NCBI GenBank assembly: GCA_903870815.1
Contig: CAIQEI010000111.1
Location: forward strand, 28-64,027
Direction of reading: 5' to 3'
DNA: 64,000 nt
DNA from: an uncultured Verrucomicrobia subdivision 3 bacterium
GTDB taxonomy: Bacteria; Verrucomicrobiota; Verrucomicrobiia; Limisphaerales; UBA11358
Each line of letters opens with the position of its first letter. Within the stretch, counting starts at the first letter, position 1. A program made the position numbers and the translations under genes. Positions 19,132 to 29,717 of this stretch are shown here, one piece after another. The notes under the pieces are model-generated. The model saw only the letters and a program-made list of their open reading frames with translations. It had not been told where the DNA came from and searched no databases.

Positions 19132-19806
19132 ATGTCAGAACCCACCTTTCCGCTTGTTTTGAAAGGCCGCTCTGTTATTCAAATCGCAGTGAATCATCCT
19201 TTTCGTATCGGCATACTCGGCTCCGGTCAGGGCTCCAATTTCGTGGCCATCGCGGACGCGGTGGCGGCCGGCAACATCCCGGCGCAAATCGCCGTCGTCC
19301 TGAGCGATGTCGAGTCGGCCGGAATTCTGGCGCACGCTCGGGCGCGACAGCTTCCGGCGCAGTTCATTCCGCCGGGTCAGTTCCGGACCAAGCTGGACGA
19401 GGCGGCGGAACGCGCGTTCGTGGCGGCGTTGAAGGCGGCGCAGGTGGATTTGGTGGTGCTGGCAGGTTTCATGCGCGTCTTGAAGGGCGATTTCCTGCGG
19501 GCTTTCGAGGGGCGCATCGTCAACATACATCCGTCGCTGCTGCCGTGTTTCCCCGGCTTGCAATCATGGAGGCAGGCGCTGGATCACGGCGTGAAGGTGG
19601 CGGGTTGTACGGTACATTTCGTCGACGCCGGCGTGGATTCCGGCGCGATCATCGGCCAAACGGCCGTGCCGGTGCTGGATCACGACACCGCGGAGACGTT
19701 GCACCAGCGCATCCACGCAGCCGAGCATGAGCTGTATCCCAAATGCGTTGCGGCGCTGGCGCGGAAAGAAATCTCGGTGGTGGGAAGGCGGGTCATCTGG
19801 AAGTGA
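19132..19806 (+). CDS. purN: Phosphoribosylglycinamide formyltransferase
   Basis: GILGSGQGSNF, VLAGFMRVL, NIHPSLLP and VHFVDAGVDSGAII blocks. ATG 19132 preferred over ORF-track start 19006. Confidence 0.9.
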   Translation: MSEPTFPLVLKGRSVIQIAVNHPFRIGILGSGQGSNFVAIADAVAAGNIPAQIAVVLSDVESAGILAHARARQLPAQFIPPGQFRTKLDEAAERAFVAALKAAQVDLVVLAGFMRVLKGDFLRAFEGRIVNIHPSLLPCFPGLQSWRQALDHGVKVAGCTVHFVDAGVDSGAIIGQTAVPVLDHDTAETLHQRIHAAEHELYPKCVAALARKEISVVGRRVIWK

Positions 19807-19809
19807 ACC

Positions 19810-20334
19810 ATGAAAACAAGACTTATCATTTTTGGCGCGGCTATGTGCGTTTTGCTGGGTGCCGGCTGCGGCACGGATAATGAAAAAATTTATTTCGCCA
19901 GCGAGGTCAAGCTGCCGGCGGCAGTCGGGGTCATGTCGCCGGTCGCCCCGACCTTGTCCAAGGTGGATGAGGAGAATATTGACCTGGTGGTCCTGAGCAA
20001 CTTGATGGAGCGGCATTTTTGGGAAGGCGGTGAGTACACGGCGCTGTTCCTGCAGGCGGATGACACGGTCGTGGACGCGATGATCCGGAAATTTCCCAAT
20101 CACATTCCACCCATCAAGCAGAGCTATCACATTGATCTGCGCGCGAACCAGTCGCCGCTCGACAAGGACACCGGTAAGCCGGTGATGATTCTCGGCGCGG
20201 ACGTGAGCGACCCGGATGCGGATGGCACCGTGAACGTCATCGGCCGTTGGTATGCCGGAGGCGCGGTTCAGGGCTTTTACACGTACAAGTTGAAAAAGAC
20301 CGGCGCGGACTGGACGATTGACAGCGTGAAATGA
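19810..20334 (+). CDS. Hypothetical lipoprotein, 174 aa
   Basis: Lipobox VLLGAGC after MKTRLIIFGAAMC. Confidence 0.6.
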   Translation: MKTRLIIFGAAMCVLLGAGCGTDNEKIYFASEVKLPAAVGVMSPVAPTLSKVDEENIDLVVLSNLMERHFWEGGEYTALFLQADDTVVDAMIRKFPNHIPPIKQSYHIDLRANQSPLDKDTGKPVMILGADVSDPDADGTVNVIGRWYAGGAVQGFYTYKLKKTGADWTIDSVK

Positions 20335-20492
20335 AAACGGGCGAAGAAGAAAGTGGCGTTGCCTCCTCGGAATTGGCAAATTAGCCCGTAAAGCGCATGA
20401 AACCGGATAATGCCAAGACGCAAAGGAACGAAGGTGCAAAATGTTTTTTCGTTGCGGCTTCGACGTGTTTTCGCCTTTGTGTTTAATTTTTA

Positions 20493-21377
20493 ATGATTGA
20501 AATGAGCAAGAAACTGAAATTCGGCCTGCCCAAGGGCAGTTTGCAGGAAGCCACCATTGAGAAGCTGGCCAAGGCCGGCTACAACATCCAGGTCAGTAGC
20601 CGTTCGTATGTCCCCTATGTGGACGACGATGAGCTGGAAATCCGGCTCATTCGCGCGCAGGAGATCAGCCGCTACGTGGAGCACGGCTATCTGGATTGCG
20701 GCATCACCGGCCACGACTGGATCATGGAAAATGGCTCGAAGGTCCACGAGGTCGGCGAATTTATATTTAGCAAAGTTTCGCGCCGGCCGGCGCGCTGGGT
20801 GTTGTGCGTGCCGGAAAATTCCCCGGTAAAATCCGTGAAGGATCTCCAGGGCAAACGCATCGCCACCGAGGTCGTCAACCTCACAAAAAAATATCTGAAG
20901 AAAAACGGCGTGAAGGCCGAGGTGGAATTTTCCTGGGGCGCGACCGAGGTGAAGGCGCACGAGCTGGTGGACGCCATCGTGGAAGTCACCGAGACCGGCT
21001 CGTCGCTCAAGGCGAACAAGCTGCGCATAGTGGACGAAATCTTGATTTCCACGCCGCGCCTGATCGCCAACGTGGACGCTTGGAATAATTCGTGGAAGCG
21101 CAAAAAAATTGAGACGCTGGCGATGCTGCTCAAGGGCGCGCTGGACGCCGAGACGAAAGTCGGTTTGAAGATGAACATTGCGGAGCAGAATCTCGCGAAA
21201 CTGCTGGCGGACCTGCCGGCGCTGCGCAACCCGACCATCTCCAGTCTGAGCCTCAAAGGCTGGGTCGCCGTGGAGACCATCATCGATGAAAAGGTCGTGC
21301 GCGAACTGATTCCGCAGCTCAAGGCCGCCGGCGCGGAAGGCATCATCGAGTATCCGCTGAACAAGGTGGTTTACTAA
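20493..21377 (+). CDS. hisG: ATP phosphoribosyltransferase (long form)
   Basis: [24 protein letters not shown]-terminus and length consistent with the C-terminal regulatory domain. Alternative ATG at 20502. Confidence 0.9.
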   Translation: MIEMSKKLKFGLPKGSLQEATIEKLAKAGYNIQVSSRSYVPYVDDDELEIRLIRAQEISRYVEHGYLDCGITGHDWIMENGSKVHEVGEFIFSKVSRRPARWVLCVPENSPVKSVKDLQGKRIATEVVNLTKKYLKKNGVKAEVEFSWGATEVKAHELVDAIVEVTETGSSLKANKLRIVDEILISTPRLIANVDAWNNSWKRKKIETLAMLLKGALDAETKVGLKMNIAEQNLAKLLADLPALRNPTISSLSLKGWVAVETIIDEKVVRELIPQLKAAGAEGIIEYPLNKVVY

Positions 21378-21437
21378 ACGCGAAAAATTGATTGGCGTTT
21401 TCCGCCGTCATTTGCTACATAATCTGCACATCCAATT

Positions 21438-21539
21438 ATGGGATCACTGAAAAAACGCCGTAAGGCAAAAATCAACAAGCATAAACGGCGCAAGAAGCTG
21501 CGCTTGAATCGTCACAAGAAGCGCACTTGGCAGAAGTAA
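21438..21539 (+). CDS. Lys/Arg-rich 33-aa peptide (below the ORF-track cutoff)
   Basis: My own translation: [33 protein letters not shown]. It resembles the widespread ~30-aa bacterial peptides annotated AURKAIP1/COX24-domain (from memory). A strong terminator follows. Confidence 0.55.
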   Translation: MGSLKKRRKAKINKHKRRKKLRLNRHKKRTWQK

Positions 21540-21565
21540 TCTGCTGTCGCCATGTGATTTCACAG

Positions 21566-21612
21566 CCGTTCGCGGCGGTTGCCCGGCAGCCTTCGCGAAC
21601 GGTCTTTTTTTT
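21566..21612 (+). terminator. Rho-independent terminator
   Basis: CCGTTCGCG (21566-21574) pairs with CGCGAACGG (21594-21602), followed by a run of 8 T (21605-21612). Confidence 0.7.
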
Positions 21613-21999
21613 ATGCCCCACCGTTTTGCCCGACACTACACTCGCGACGAGGCGCAGGCCCTCGTGCCCCAGCTGCGTGAGTGGCTGGCGGAACTGAATC
21701 GCCTGCGCGCGGAGGAGGAGCGGTTTGATCAGCGCCTGGGTGGTCTCAACACCGAGGGCCAGGACACCGGCGGCGAGACGGTCAACCACTGGATCCGCGC
21801 GCTGGCTGGGATGCAGCGGATTCTGGCGGAGTTTCAACGGCGTGAAATATTCATCAAGGACCTTTCGCGCGGACTGGTGGATTTCCCGGCGCTCATCGGC
21901 GGACGGGAAGTGTTCCTCTGCTGGGAGGCCGATGAGGACAAGATCGAGTTTTGGCACGATCTTGACACCGGTTTTGGCGGTCGCGAGCGGCTCGGGTGA
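21613..21999 (+). CDS. DUF2203-like protein
   Basis: FIKDLSRGLVDFPALIGGREVFLCWEADEDKIEFWHDLDTGFGGRERL matches my recollection of the DUF2203 pattern. Confidence 0.65.
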   Translation: MPHRFARHYTRDEAQALVPQLREWLAELNRLRAEEERFDQRLGGLNTEGQDTGGETVNHWIRALAGMQRILAEFQRREIFIKDLSRGLVDFPALIGGREVFLCWEADEDKIEFWHDLDTGFGGRERLG

Positions 22000-22102
22000 A
22001 CTTGGTTTACTTCCTGCGGAGATTGGCCAAAGGTCGCCGGCTAAATAAAATATTTTTCAACCGGCTTGTCAGCGTCACCCTGACGGATTACCTTTCGCGC
22101 CT

Positions 22103-23032
22103 ATGGAAAAAGTTGTCATCATCGGTTCCGGCCCGGCGGGTTGGACCGCCGCCCTCTACACGGCCCGCGCCCAGCTCGCGCCGCTCGTGCTCACCGGCAA
22201 ACAGCCCGGCGGCCTGCTTACCACCACCAGCATCGTCGAGAATTTCCCCGGTTTTCCCGAAGGCGTGGACGGCTATGAACTCATGACCCGGATGCAGAAA
22301 CAGGCTGAGCGCTTCGGTGCCAGGACCAGTTTCGGCGTCGTCGAGTCGGTGGATTTTTCGTCGCGGCCCTTCACGCTCATCGTGGACGGCGAAAAAGTGG
22401 TGGCGGAAACCGTCATCATCGCCACCGGCGCGAGCCACAAGCACCTCGGCGTGCCGGGCGAACATGAATTGGAGACCAAGGGCGTGACCTATTGCGCGAC
22501 TTGCGACGGCGCTTTGCCGGCGTTTCGCAACCAGCCGCTCGTCGTCGTGGGCGGCGGTGATTCCGCCTGTGAAGAAGCCATGTATCTGACGCGCTTTGGT
22601 TCCGTCGTGCATCTCGTGCACCGGCGCGATAGCCTGCGCGCCTCGAAGATCATGGCTGAGCGCACTCTGGCGCATCCCAAGATCAAGCCCATTTGGGATT
22701 CGGCCGTCACCGAGGTGCTCGACCTTAAGGCCGACAATGTGACTGCCGTGAAGTTGAAAAATCTCAAAACCGGCGCGGAAAGCATCTTGCCCGTCGCCGG
22801 CGTTTTCATCGCCATCGGCCATGTGCCGAACACGGACTTGTTCAAGGGCAAAATCACCCTGGATGAAAACGGCTTCGTCGTTCCGCAAAATGGCACCATG
22901 ACCGATATCCCCGGCGTCTTCGTGGCCGGCGACTGTGCGGATCACATTTATCGTCAGGCTATTACGGCGGCGGGCGCGGGCTGCGCGGCGGCGATCGACG
23001 CCGAACGCTTCCTCGCGGCAGAGAACCAATGA
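22103..23032 (+). CDS. trxB: Thioredoxin-disulfide reductase
   Basis: GSGPAGWTAALY FAD site, redox-active CATCDG, GGGDSACEEA NADPH site. Confidence 0.95.
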   Translation: MEKVVIIGSGPAGWTAALYTARAQLAPLVLTGKQPGGLLTTTSIVENFPGFPEGVDGYELMTRMQKQAERFGARTSFGVVESVDFSSRPFTLIVDGEKVVAETVIIATGASHKHLGVPGEHELETKGVTYCATCDGALPAFRNQPLVVVGGGDSACEEAMYLTRFGSVVHLVHRRDSLRASKIMAERTLAHPKIKPIWDSAVTEVLDLKADNVTAVKLKNLKTGAESILPVAGVFIAIGHVPNTDLFKGKITLDENGFVVPQNGTMTDIPGVFVAGDCADHIYRQAITAAGAGCAAAIDAERFLAAENQ

Positions 23033-23228
23033 GGGCAGCGGTAGGCGCGCAATGAGGTTTCGGCCATAACGAAGCGCAGTGTGTATTTTATTGACGGAGT
23101 TCGTGGGGTTTTTATCTAGTCGTTGCGTCGCCACAAACCTTACCCCTTACCCAGCTACGGGTTGGCAAGGGATTTCAACCAAGACAAGAATTGGCAAGGT
23201 TTTGCCAAGATTAGACGGGAATAATTCA

Positions 23229-23256
23229 TTGACCCGCGGGCGGTCCGCGTTAAAAT
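23229..23256 (+). promoter_or_regulatory. Candidate sigma-70-type promoter of gap
   Basis: TTGACC (23229-23234), 16-nt spacer, TAAAAT (23251-23256), about 57 nt upstream of the gap ATG. Confidence 0.4.
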
Positions 23257-23271
23257 CTCTTATCGGTTTGA

Positions 23272-24381
<1,110 letters not shown>

Positions 24382-24397
24382 TCGAGCGGCATCATTC

Positions 24398-24432
24398 AAA
24401 ACGGCGACCGGTAACCCGGCGCCGTTTTTTTT
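24398..24432 (+). terminator. Rho-independent terminator of gap
   Basis: AAAACGGCG (24398-24406) pairs with CGCCGTTTT (24420-24428). The T run extends to 24432. Confidence 0.7.
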
Positions 24433-24820
24433 GCTTGGATTTTCCGTGGGAATTCCAGCTGGATTGGCAATTCCGTGGACTGTCCGGAATTTTTTCAACC
24501 AGCCGAAGTTGCCTCGTCGGTTTCGATTGATAATTTTTCGTCCGAAAAAAATCCTAATCAGCCAGCCTCCCCGTGGAGGACCAGTCGGTAACGGACAAAA
24601 GCTATGACGCGCCCGCCGCCACTCCCAGCCGAGCGCTCGCAAAATTTGTGCGGCAACATCGCCGCAACCATCCGGACGGAAGCTGGATCGAAATGAGGCC
24701 GCGTTGACCGCTCCCCCTCCAATAATTGGAAGGTTGACGCCCGCCAGGTTGCTTTACCAGCAGGTCAGCCCGTTGATGAAAACTGCTGTAGTTTGAAGGT
24801 GGGATCAGGCAGGCAGCTGC

Positions 24821-24857
24821 AAATAAAAAAGAGCGCCCCGTAATCGGAGCGCTCTTT
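24821..24857 (-). terminator. Rho-independent terminator of the HU gene
   Basis: Minus strand reads AAAGAGCGC-13 nt loop-GCGCTCTTT followed by TTTATTT, 18 nt after the stop. Confidence 0.65.
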
Positions 24858-24874
24858 CCTGAAAGCGATAAAAA

Positions 24875-25162
24875 TTACTTGGCGCCGAGAATCGCGTCCT
24901 TCGCGGCCTTGGCGACGCGGAACTTCACCACGCGCTTGGCTTTGATCTGGATGGCTTCTCCGGTCTTGGGATTTCGGCCCATGCGGGCGGCCCGGTTCTT
25001 CAGGACGAGCTTGCCGATGCCAGGCAGGGTGAAGGTGTCCTTCGCGTGCTTGTAGGCGAGCGCGGCAATGGAGTCGAGAATCTCGACCGCTTGTTTTTTG
25101 GAAAGACCGTTCTTCTCGGCGACGAGCGAGGCGATCTGGGCTTTGGAGAGTGCTTTTGCCAT
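24875..25162 (-). CDS. hup: HU-family DNA-binding protein
   Basis: 95 aa. GIGKLVLKNRAARMGRNPKTGEAIQIKAKRVVKFR is the HU/IHF beta-arm signature. Confidence 0.9.
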   Translation of the reverse strand: MAKALSKAQIASLVAEKNGLSKKQAVEILDSIAALAYKHAKDTFTLPGIGKLVLKNRAARMGRNPKTGEAIQIKAKRVVKFRVAKAAKDAILGAK

Positions 25163-25348
25163 ATTTGTTCTCTTGGTTGTAGTTGTTGTTGTTTGTTTGT
25201 TGTGTTGTCCGAAAAGTCACTAGACTTGACTCGAATTAAAATCCAAAGGGCGCTCCGCGCAAGCGAAAAAGTAAAAAAAAACAAAGTTTTTTCAGGGCTT
25301 CGTGTGCGTGGGGCTTGACATCGGGGGGCAATTTCCGACCATTCGCGC

Positions 25349-26359
25349 GTGGCGCTCTTCACCATCCAGAACGAATTTCGCTATGAAATCACCCGGAAAA
25401 TTTTCGAGGGTGGCATGGGCATTGTGTATGAGGCCGAGCAACACGGCGCCCGCGATTTCGTCAAGCGCGTTGCCATCAAGGTCATCCGGCCCAATTTCGG
25501 CAGCCAGAAGATGTTTATCGAGAATTTCATCGGCGAGGCCAAGCTGGTTGCCGATTTGATCCACACGAACATCGTTCAGACCTACCACCTCGGCGAGGCC
25601 AATGGTCTTTGTTTCATCGCCATGGAATTGATCCGGGGCGTGAATCTCGAGCAGTTCACCCACCAGCTCGCCGATAAGAAACGCGTGCTGCCCCGCGAAC
25701 TGGCCGTCTTTATCACCAGCCGCGTAGCGCGCGGGCTGGCCTACGCGCACAACAAGGTCGACAAGGATAACCGGCCGCTCGGCATCGTTCACCGCGATGT
25801 CAGCTTCAAGAACATCATGATCGCTTTCGAGGGCGATGTGAAACTGACGGATTTCGGCATCGCCAAGGCGCGGGGTTTTCTGACCGACCAGGAGGGCGAA
25901 GTCGTCGCCGGCAAGCCCGATTACATGAGTCCGGAGCAGGCGGATTTTCAGGTCACCGACCAGCGCTCGGATATTTTCTCCACCGGCGTGGTCCTCGCCC
26001 ATCTGCTGCTGGGCCGGAATATTTTCAAGGGCGCGAACGCCGACGAATCGCGCAACCGCATCATGCAGCAGCCGATTCCCGATTTCCGCTCGCTCGACTC
26101 GCGCATTGATGACCAGCTGAACGACATCCTGCATCATTGCCTGGCGCGTGATTTGAGCCATCGTTACGCCACCGCCGGCCAGTTGATGACCGAGCTGGAG
26201 TATTACATTTATCACGAAGGCTACGGCCCGACCAACGAGACGGTCGGAAAGTTCATTCGCGAACTCTTCGGTCAGGAACCGGTCAAACCCGTGCCCGCCG
26301 TCGCCAGCGATACCCTCCTGCTGCCCGGGACCCCGCGGCCGCAGTCGTCCAAAAAATGA
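25349..26359 (+). CDS. Serine/threonine protein kinase (kinase domain only, 336 aa)
   Basis: Gly-loop GGMGIVY, VAIK lysine, HRDVSFKN catalytic loop, DFGIAKA, PDYMSPEQ. Confidence 0.85.
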   Translation: MALFTIQNEFRYEITRKIFEGGMGIVYEAEQHGARDFVKRVAIKVIRPNFGSQKMFIENFIGEAKLVADLIHTNIVQTYHLGEANGLCFIAMELIRGVNLEQFTHQLADKKRVLPRELAVFITSRVARGLAYAHNKVDKDNRPLGIVHRDVSFKNIMIAFEGDVKLTDFGIAKARGFLTDQEGEVVAGKPDYMSPEQADFQVTDQRSDIFSTGVVLAHLLLGRNIFKGANADESRNRIMQQPIPDFRSLDSRIDDQLNDILHHCLARDLSHRYATAGQLMTELEYYIYHEGYGPTNETVGKFIRELFGQEPVKPVPAVASDTLLLPGTPRPQSSKK

Positions 26360-27264
26360 CCGCCATGAAACGCTCCCCTGCGTCTGTGATCAAGCTCGGC
26401 CTCCTCCAAACCAGCGTCTCTGCGAATCCGGCTGCGAACCTGAAAAAAACGGTTGCGCTGATTGAACGTGCCGCCCGGGCGGGCGCCAAAATTATCTGCA
26501 CCCAGGAATTGTTCCGCACGCAGTATTTCTGTCAGAGCGAGGACCACGCGAATTTCAAGCTCGCCGAAAAGATCCCCGGCCCCGGCACCGACATCTTTTG
26601 CAAACTGGCGAAGAAGCATCAGGTCGTCATCATCGCCTCGCTGTTCGAGAAGCGTGCGTCTGGCGTCTATCACAATACCGCCGCCGTTATTGACGCCGAC
26701 GGCTCGCTGCTCGGTATCTACCGCAAGATGCACATTCCCGACGATCCGCTGTACTACGAGAAGTTTTATTTCACGCCCGGCGACCTCGGCTTCAAAGCGT
26801 GGTCGACTCGGTATGGGAAAATCGGCGTGCTGATTTGCTGGGATCAATGGTATCCCGAGGCGGCGCGCCTGACCGCGATGCAGGGCGCCGAAATCCTTTT
26901 TTACCCGACCGCCATCGGCTGGCATCCCGGCGAAAAAAAAGCCTACGGCGTCAAGCAGCACGGCGCGTGGGAAACTATCCAGCGCGCGCACGCCGTCGCC
27001 AACGGTTGCTACGTCGCCGTGGCCAACCGCATCGGCCACGAAATTCTTGACGGCGTGGGCGGGCCGGGCATTGAATTCTGGGGTCAGAGTTTTGTTGCCG
27101 GCCCTTCCGGCGAACTGATTGCCAAGGCCGGCTCGTCCAAAGAAGCGGTTTTGATCGTGCCCGTTGATTTCGCCAGCGTGGATACCACGCGGACGCACTG
27201 GCCGTTCCTGCGCGACCGCCGGATTGACGCCTACGGCAACCTGATGAAGCGTCTGGTGGATTGA
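26356..27264 (+). CDS. Carbon-nitrogen hydrolase (N-carbamoylputrescine amidase-like)
   Basis: E-K-C triad contexts CTQELF, YRKMHIP, ICWDQWYPE. ATGA overlap with the kinase gene. Confidence 0.8.
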   Translation: MTAMKRSPASVIKLGLLQTSVSANPAANLKKTVALIERAARAGAKIICTQELFRTQYFCQSEDHANFKLAEKIPGPGTDIFCKLAKKHQVVIIASLFEKRASGVYHNTAAVIDADGSLLGIYRKMHIPDDPLYYEKFYFTPGDLGFKAWSTRYGKIGVLICWDQWYPEAARLTAMQGAEILFYPTAIGWHPGEKKAYGVKQHGAWETIQRAHAVANGCYVAVANRIGHEILDGVGGPGIEFWGQSFVAGPSGELIAKAGSSKEAVLIVPVDFASVDTTRTHWPFLRDRRIDAYGNLMKRLVD

Positions 27265-27267
27265 GCC

Positions 27268-28749
27268 ATGAACCTCTCCTCGGTAAAGCGTTACCTTCCC
27301 CTGGCGGTCTGGGTTGTCGCCATCGCTACCCTGATCTTGGTGCCCTTGAAAATTATCGGCTATGGGTTTTTGCCCATGGACGATGCCCTTCGCCATGCGG
27401 CCAAGGCGGTTTCCGGCAAAAGCTGGTCGGAGATCCTCATCCTGCGCGGCGATTTCCCCATTGATCCCAGTCCGGGGTGGCAGGCCATCCTGGCGGGCCT
27501 TCATCAGCTTCAAAACTGTGGTGCGGAAACGCTGGTGATTTATTCCGTTGCCGGTCTGATGCTGCTGGTGACTATGGTTGCTTTGTTTTGGCTGCGGCGA
27601 CCCGAGGCTTGGCTGGGCGCCCTGCTGCTGGCGGCGGTTTTCATTCCGGCCTGCACGACGAGGTTCATGCGCGGACGGCCGTATATTTTGACCGACGCCG
27701 TTCTGATCGCGGTTTTGTTTCTCTGGTCGCGGACGGAAAAGGATACTCCGGGCCGGCGGGCCTTGATTTTCACTCCCTTGCTGGTCGCCAGTTCGGCTTG
27801 GATTCATGGTTCTTGGTATATGCTGGTGCTGCCGGCCGCGGCGATTTTGTTCGCCGGCTACTGGCGTTCGGCCCTGGCTTATGGCCTGTGCTGGCTCGCG
27901 GGCAGTTTTCTGGGGTGTGCGTTGACGGGGCATCCGTGGGGTTTTCTTATCCAGTCCGTGCGGCACATGTTTGGTGTGTTCGGAAATATCGTGGTCAACC
28001 GCCAGCTTGAGCCGGAATTTTATCCCTCGGATGGCGCCCCGACCGCTGTGCTTGTGGTGGCCGCTTTGCTCTTGTGGCGGACGGTTTCCTCCGGCTGGAA
28101 TCCACGTGCCGTGTTGAATCCCGTTTTCATGATGATGGCGCTGGGCTGGGTGCTCGGGCTGAAAATGCAACGGTTTTGGTGGGACTGGGGTCTGCCCGCC
28201 TTTCTCGTCTGGTGCGCGCTGGAATTGCAGGACCACTTCGAGCTGCGGCTGCCGTTGGATTCCACCCGGCGCCTCTTGGTCACGCTGGCGCTGGCGGGTG
28301 GCGTCTATCTCGGCTTTACCAGCGATCGGGACGGCCGTTGGACCGAACATCTCACTACCGAATATTTGACGCCCGATAATCCCGCGTTGGCCGGCTGGCT
28401 GCCTGAGCCGGGCGGAATCATTTACAACTCCGACATGGACGTGTTTTTCCAGACCTTCTACAAAAACCCCACCGCTCCGTGGCGTTACATCCTGGGTTTT
28501 GAATCCGGTCTCATGCTGCCGGAAAATCAAGCCGTGCTGCGCCAGGCCCAGTGGAATTTCGGCGATGTCCGCGCGTATGTCCCGTGGGTGAAAAAGATGC
28601 GTCCCGAAGACCGCATGATCATCCATGCCACGCATGGCGGCGTGCCGAACCTGCCTGAATTGGAATGGAACTACGCCGCCACCGAATTATGGATCGGTCG
28701 CCTGCCCCGCGCGGCCAACCAATCGCTGGTTCCGGCCCCGGCCCGTTAG
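27268..28749 (+). CDS. Hypothetical polytopic membrane protein, 493 aa
   Basis: About 10 hydrophobic helices followed by a soluble C-terminal region. No family recognised. Confidence 0.6.
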   Translation: MNLSSVKRYLPLAVWVVAIATLILVPLKIIGYGFLPMDDALRHAAKAVSGKSWSEILILRGDFPIDPSPGWQAILAGLHQLQNCGAETLVIYSVAGLMLLVTMVALFWLRRPEAWLGALLLAAVFIPACTTRFMRGRPYILTDAVLIAVLFLWSRTEKDTPGRRALIFTPLLVASSAWIHGSWYMLVLPAAAILFAGYWRSALAYGLCWLAGSFLGCALTGHPWGFLIQSVRHMFGVFGNIVVNRQLEPEFYPSDGAPTAVLVVAALLLWRTVSSGWNPRAVLNPVFMMMALGWVLGLKMQRFWWDWGLPAFLVWCALELQDHFELRLPLDSTRRLLVTLALAGGVYLGFTSDRDGRWTEHLTTEYLTPDNPALAGWLPEPGGIIYNSDMDVFFQTFYKNPTAPWRYILGFESGLMLPENQAVLRQAQWNFGDVRAYVPWVKKMRPEDRMIIHATHGGVPNLPELEWNYAATELWIGRLPRAANQSLVPAPAR

Positions 28750-28757
28750 CAACTCCG

Positions 28758-29621
28758 ATGCCCTGCCGGCAACCAACCGTTTGGATCACCGGCACCAGCG
28801 GGCTCATCGGGAATTATCTCGTCCAGACCGCGCCGAAATGCGCCCCCGGCTGGCGTGTGCGGGCGCTTAAGCGTGCGGATTTTGATCTGCTCGACTTTGC
28901 CGCCGTCGAACGCGAATTCGCCAAAGAACAGCCCCGGCTTGTCATCCATTGCGCGGCGATAACCGCCGTCAACGAAGCTCAGAAAAATCCGGCGCTGGCA
29001 CGGCGCGTGAATGTGGAGGTAACGCAGCGGCTCGCGGAATTGTCCGCCCATATCCCATTCATTTTCTTTTCGACGGATTTGGTTTACGATGGTCGTCAGG
29101 GCCATTATTCTGAGACCGACGCCGCGAATCCGCTGCATGTTTACGGCGAGACCAAATTGGCGGCGGAGGAAATTGTCCTGAAAAATCCGCGTCATCTGGT
29201 CGTGCGCACCTCCCTCAACGGCGGCACATCGCCGTCCGGCACCCGCGCTTTCAACGAGCAGTTGCGCTGTTTGCTGCAATCGGCCGGGCAGGGGATGAAA
29301 CTGTTCACGGACGAATTTCGCTGTCCGGTTCCCGCCGTGGAAACGGCGCGGGCGGTCTGGGAACTGGCGCAAAAAAACTGCGCGGGAATCTATCATGTCG
29401 CCGGCGCTGAAAAGCTGTCGCGACTGCAAATAGGTGAATTACTGGTGAAACGCTGGCCGGAAGTAACGGCGAAAATCGAAGCTGGCTCGGCCCGCGATTT
29501 TCCCGGCCCGCCGCGGCCGCTGGACGCCTCGCTAGACATTTCCAAGGTGCAAAAAGTATTATCCCAACCGTTGCCGAAATTCAGCGACTGGCTGGCCAAG
29601 AATCCCCGCGAACTTTTCTAG
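28758..29621 (+). CDS. SDR-family NAD(P)-dependent sugar-nucleotide reductase (RmlD-like)
   Basis: ITGTSGLIGNYL Rossmann motif and YGETK (YxxxK). ATG 28758 chosen; ORF-track start 28665 overlaps the previous gene. Confidence 0.75.
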   Translation: MPCRQPTVWITGTSGLIGNYLVQTAPKCAPGWRVRALKRADFDLLDFAAVEREFAKEQPRLVIHCAAITAVNEAQKNPALARRVNVEVTQRLAELSAHIPFIFFSTDLVYDGRQGHYSETDAANPLHVYGETKLAAEEIVLKNPRHLVVRTSLNGGTSPSGTRAFNEQLRCLLQSAGQGMKLFTDEFRCPVPAVETARAVWELAQKNCAGIYHVAGAEKLSRLQIGELLVKRWPEVTAKIEAGSARDFPGPPRPLDASLDISKVQKVLSQPLPKFSDWLAKNPRELF

Positions 29622-29717
29622 AATACGGCGCTAAAGACTGTTTCGAGCCCGATTTTTACCAATTATTCGAATGTTGAATGTAGGGCGTTTCGATTTTTAA
29701 TCCGCGTTCATCGGTGG

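Noticed and set aside
23192-23207. Possible sigma-54 promoter TGGCAAGGTTTTGCC upstream of gap
   Set aside because: The GG-to-GC spacing is one nucleotide shorter than the strict -24/-12 spacing. The sequence is better read as a TTGGCAA/TTGCCAA palindrome.
24433-24820. Possible ncRNA or small ORF in the ~390-bp gap between the gap and hup terminators
   Set aside because: I saw no tRNA-like arms, no conserved riboswitch core and no convincing hairpin set. The only ORF (ATG at 24604, 30 codons) has no supporting features. Left uncalled; it needs an Infernal/Rfam scan.
26272-28635. A 787-aa ORF on the minus strand. Similar long antisense ORFs occur at 395-1591, 3354-4358, 12702-13688, 19564-20439, 22088-23134, 23401-24642, 25292-26215, 38998-40449, 44763-45986, 46899-47936, 54060-55124 (+), 59430-60086 (+) and 61080-61823 (+).
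   Set aside because: Each lies opposite or out of frame to a gene with clear family motifs. Their translations are R/G/A/P-rich and low in complexity, as expected for stop-poor alternative frames in GC-rich DNA.
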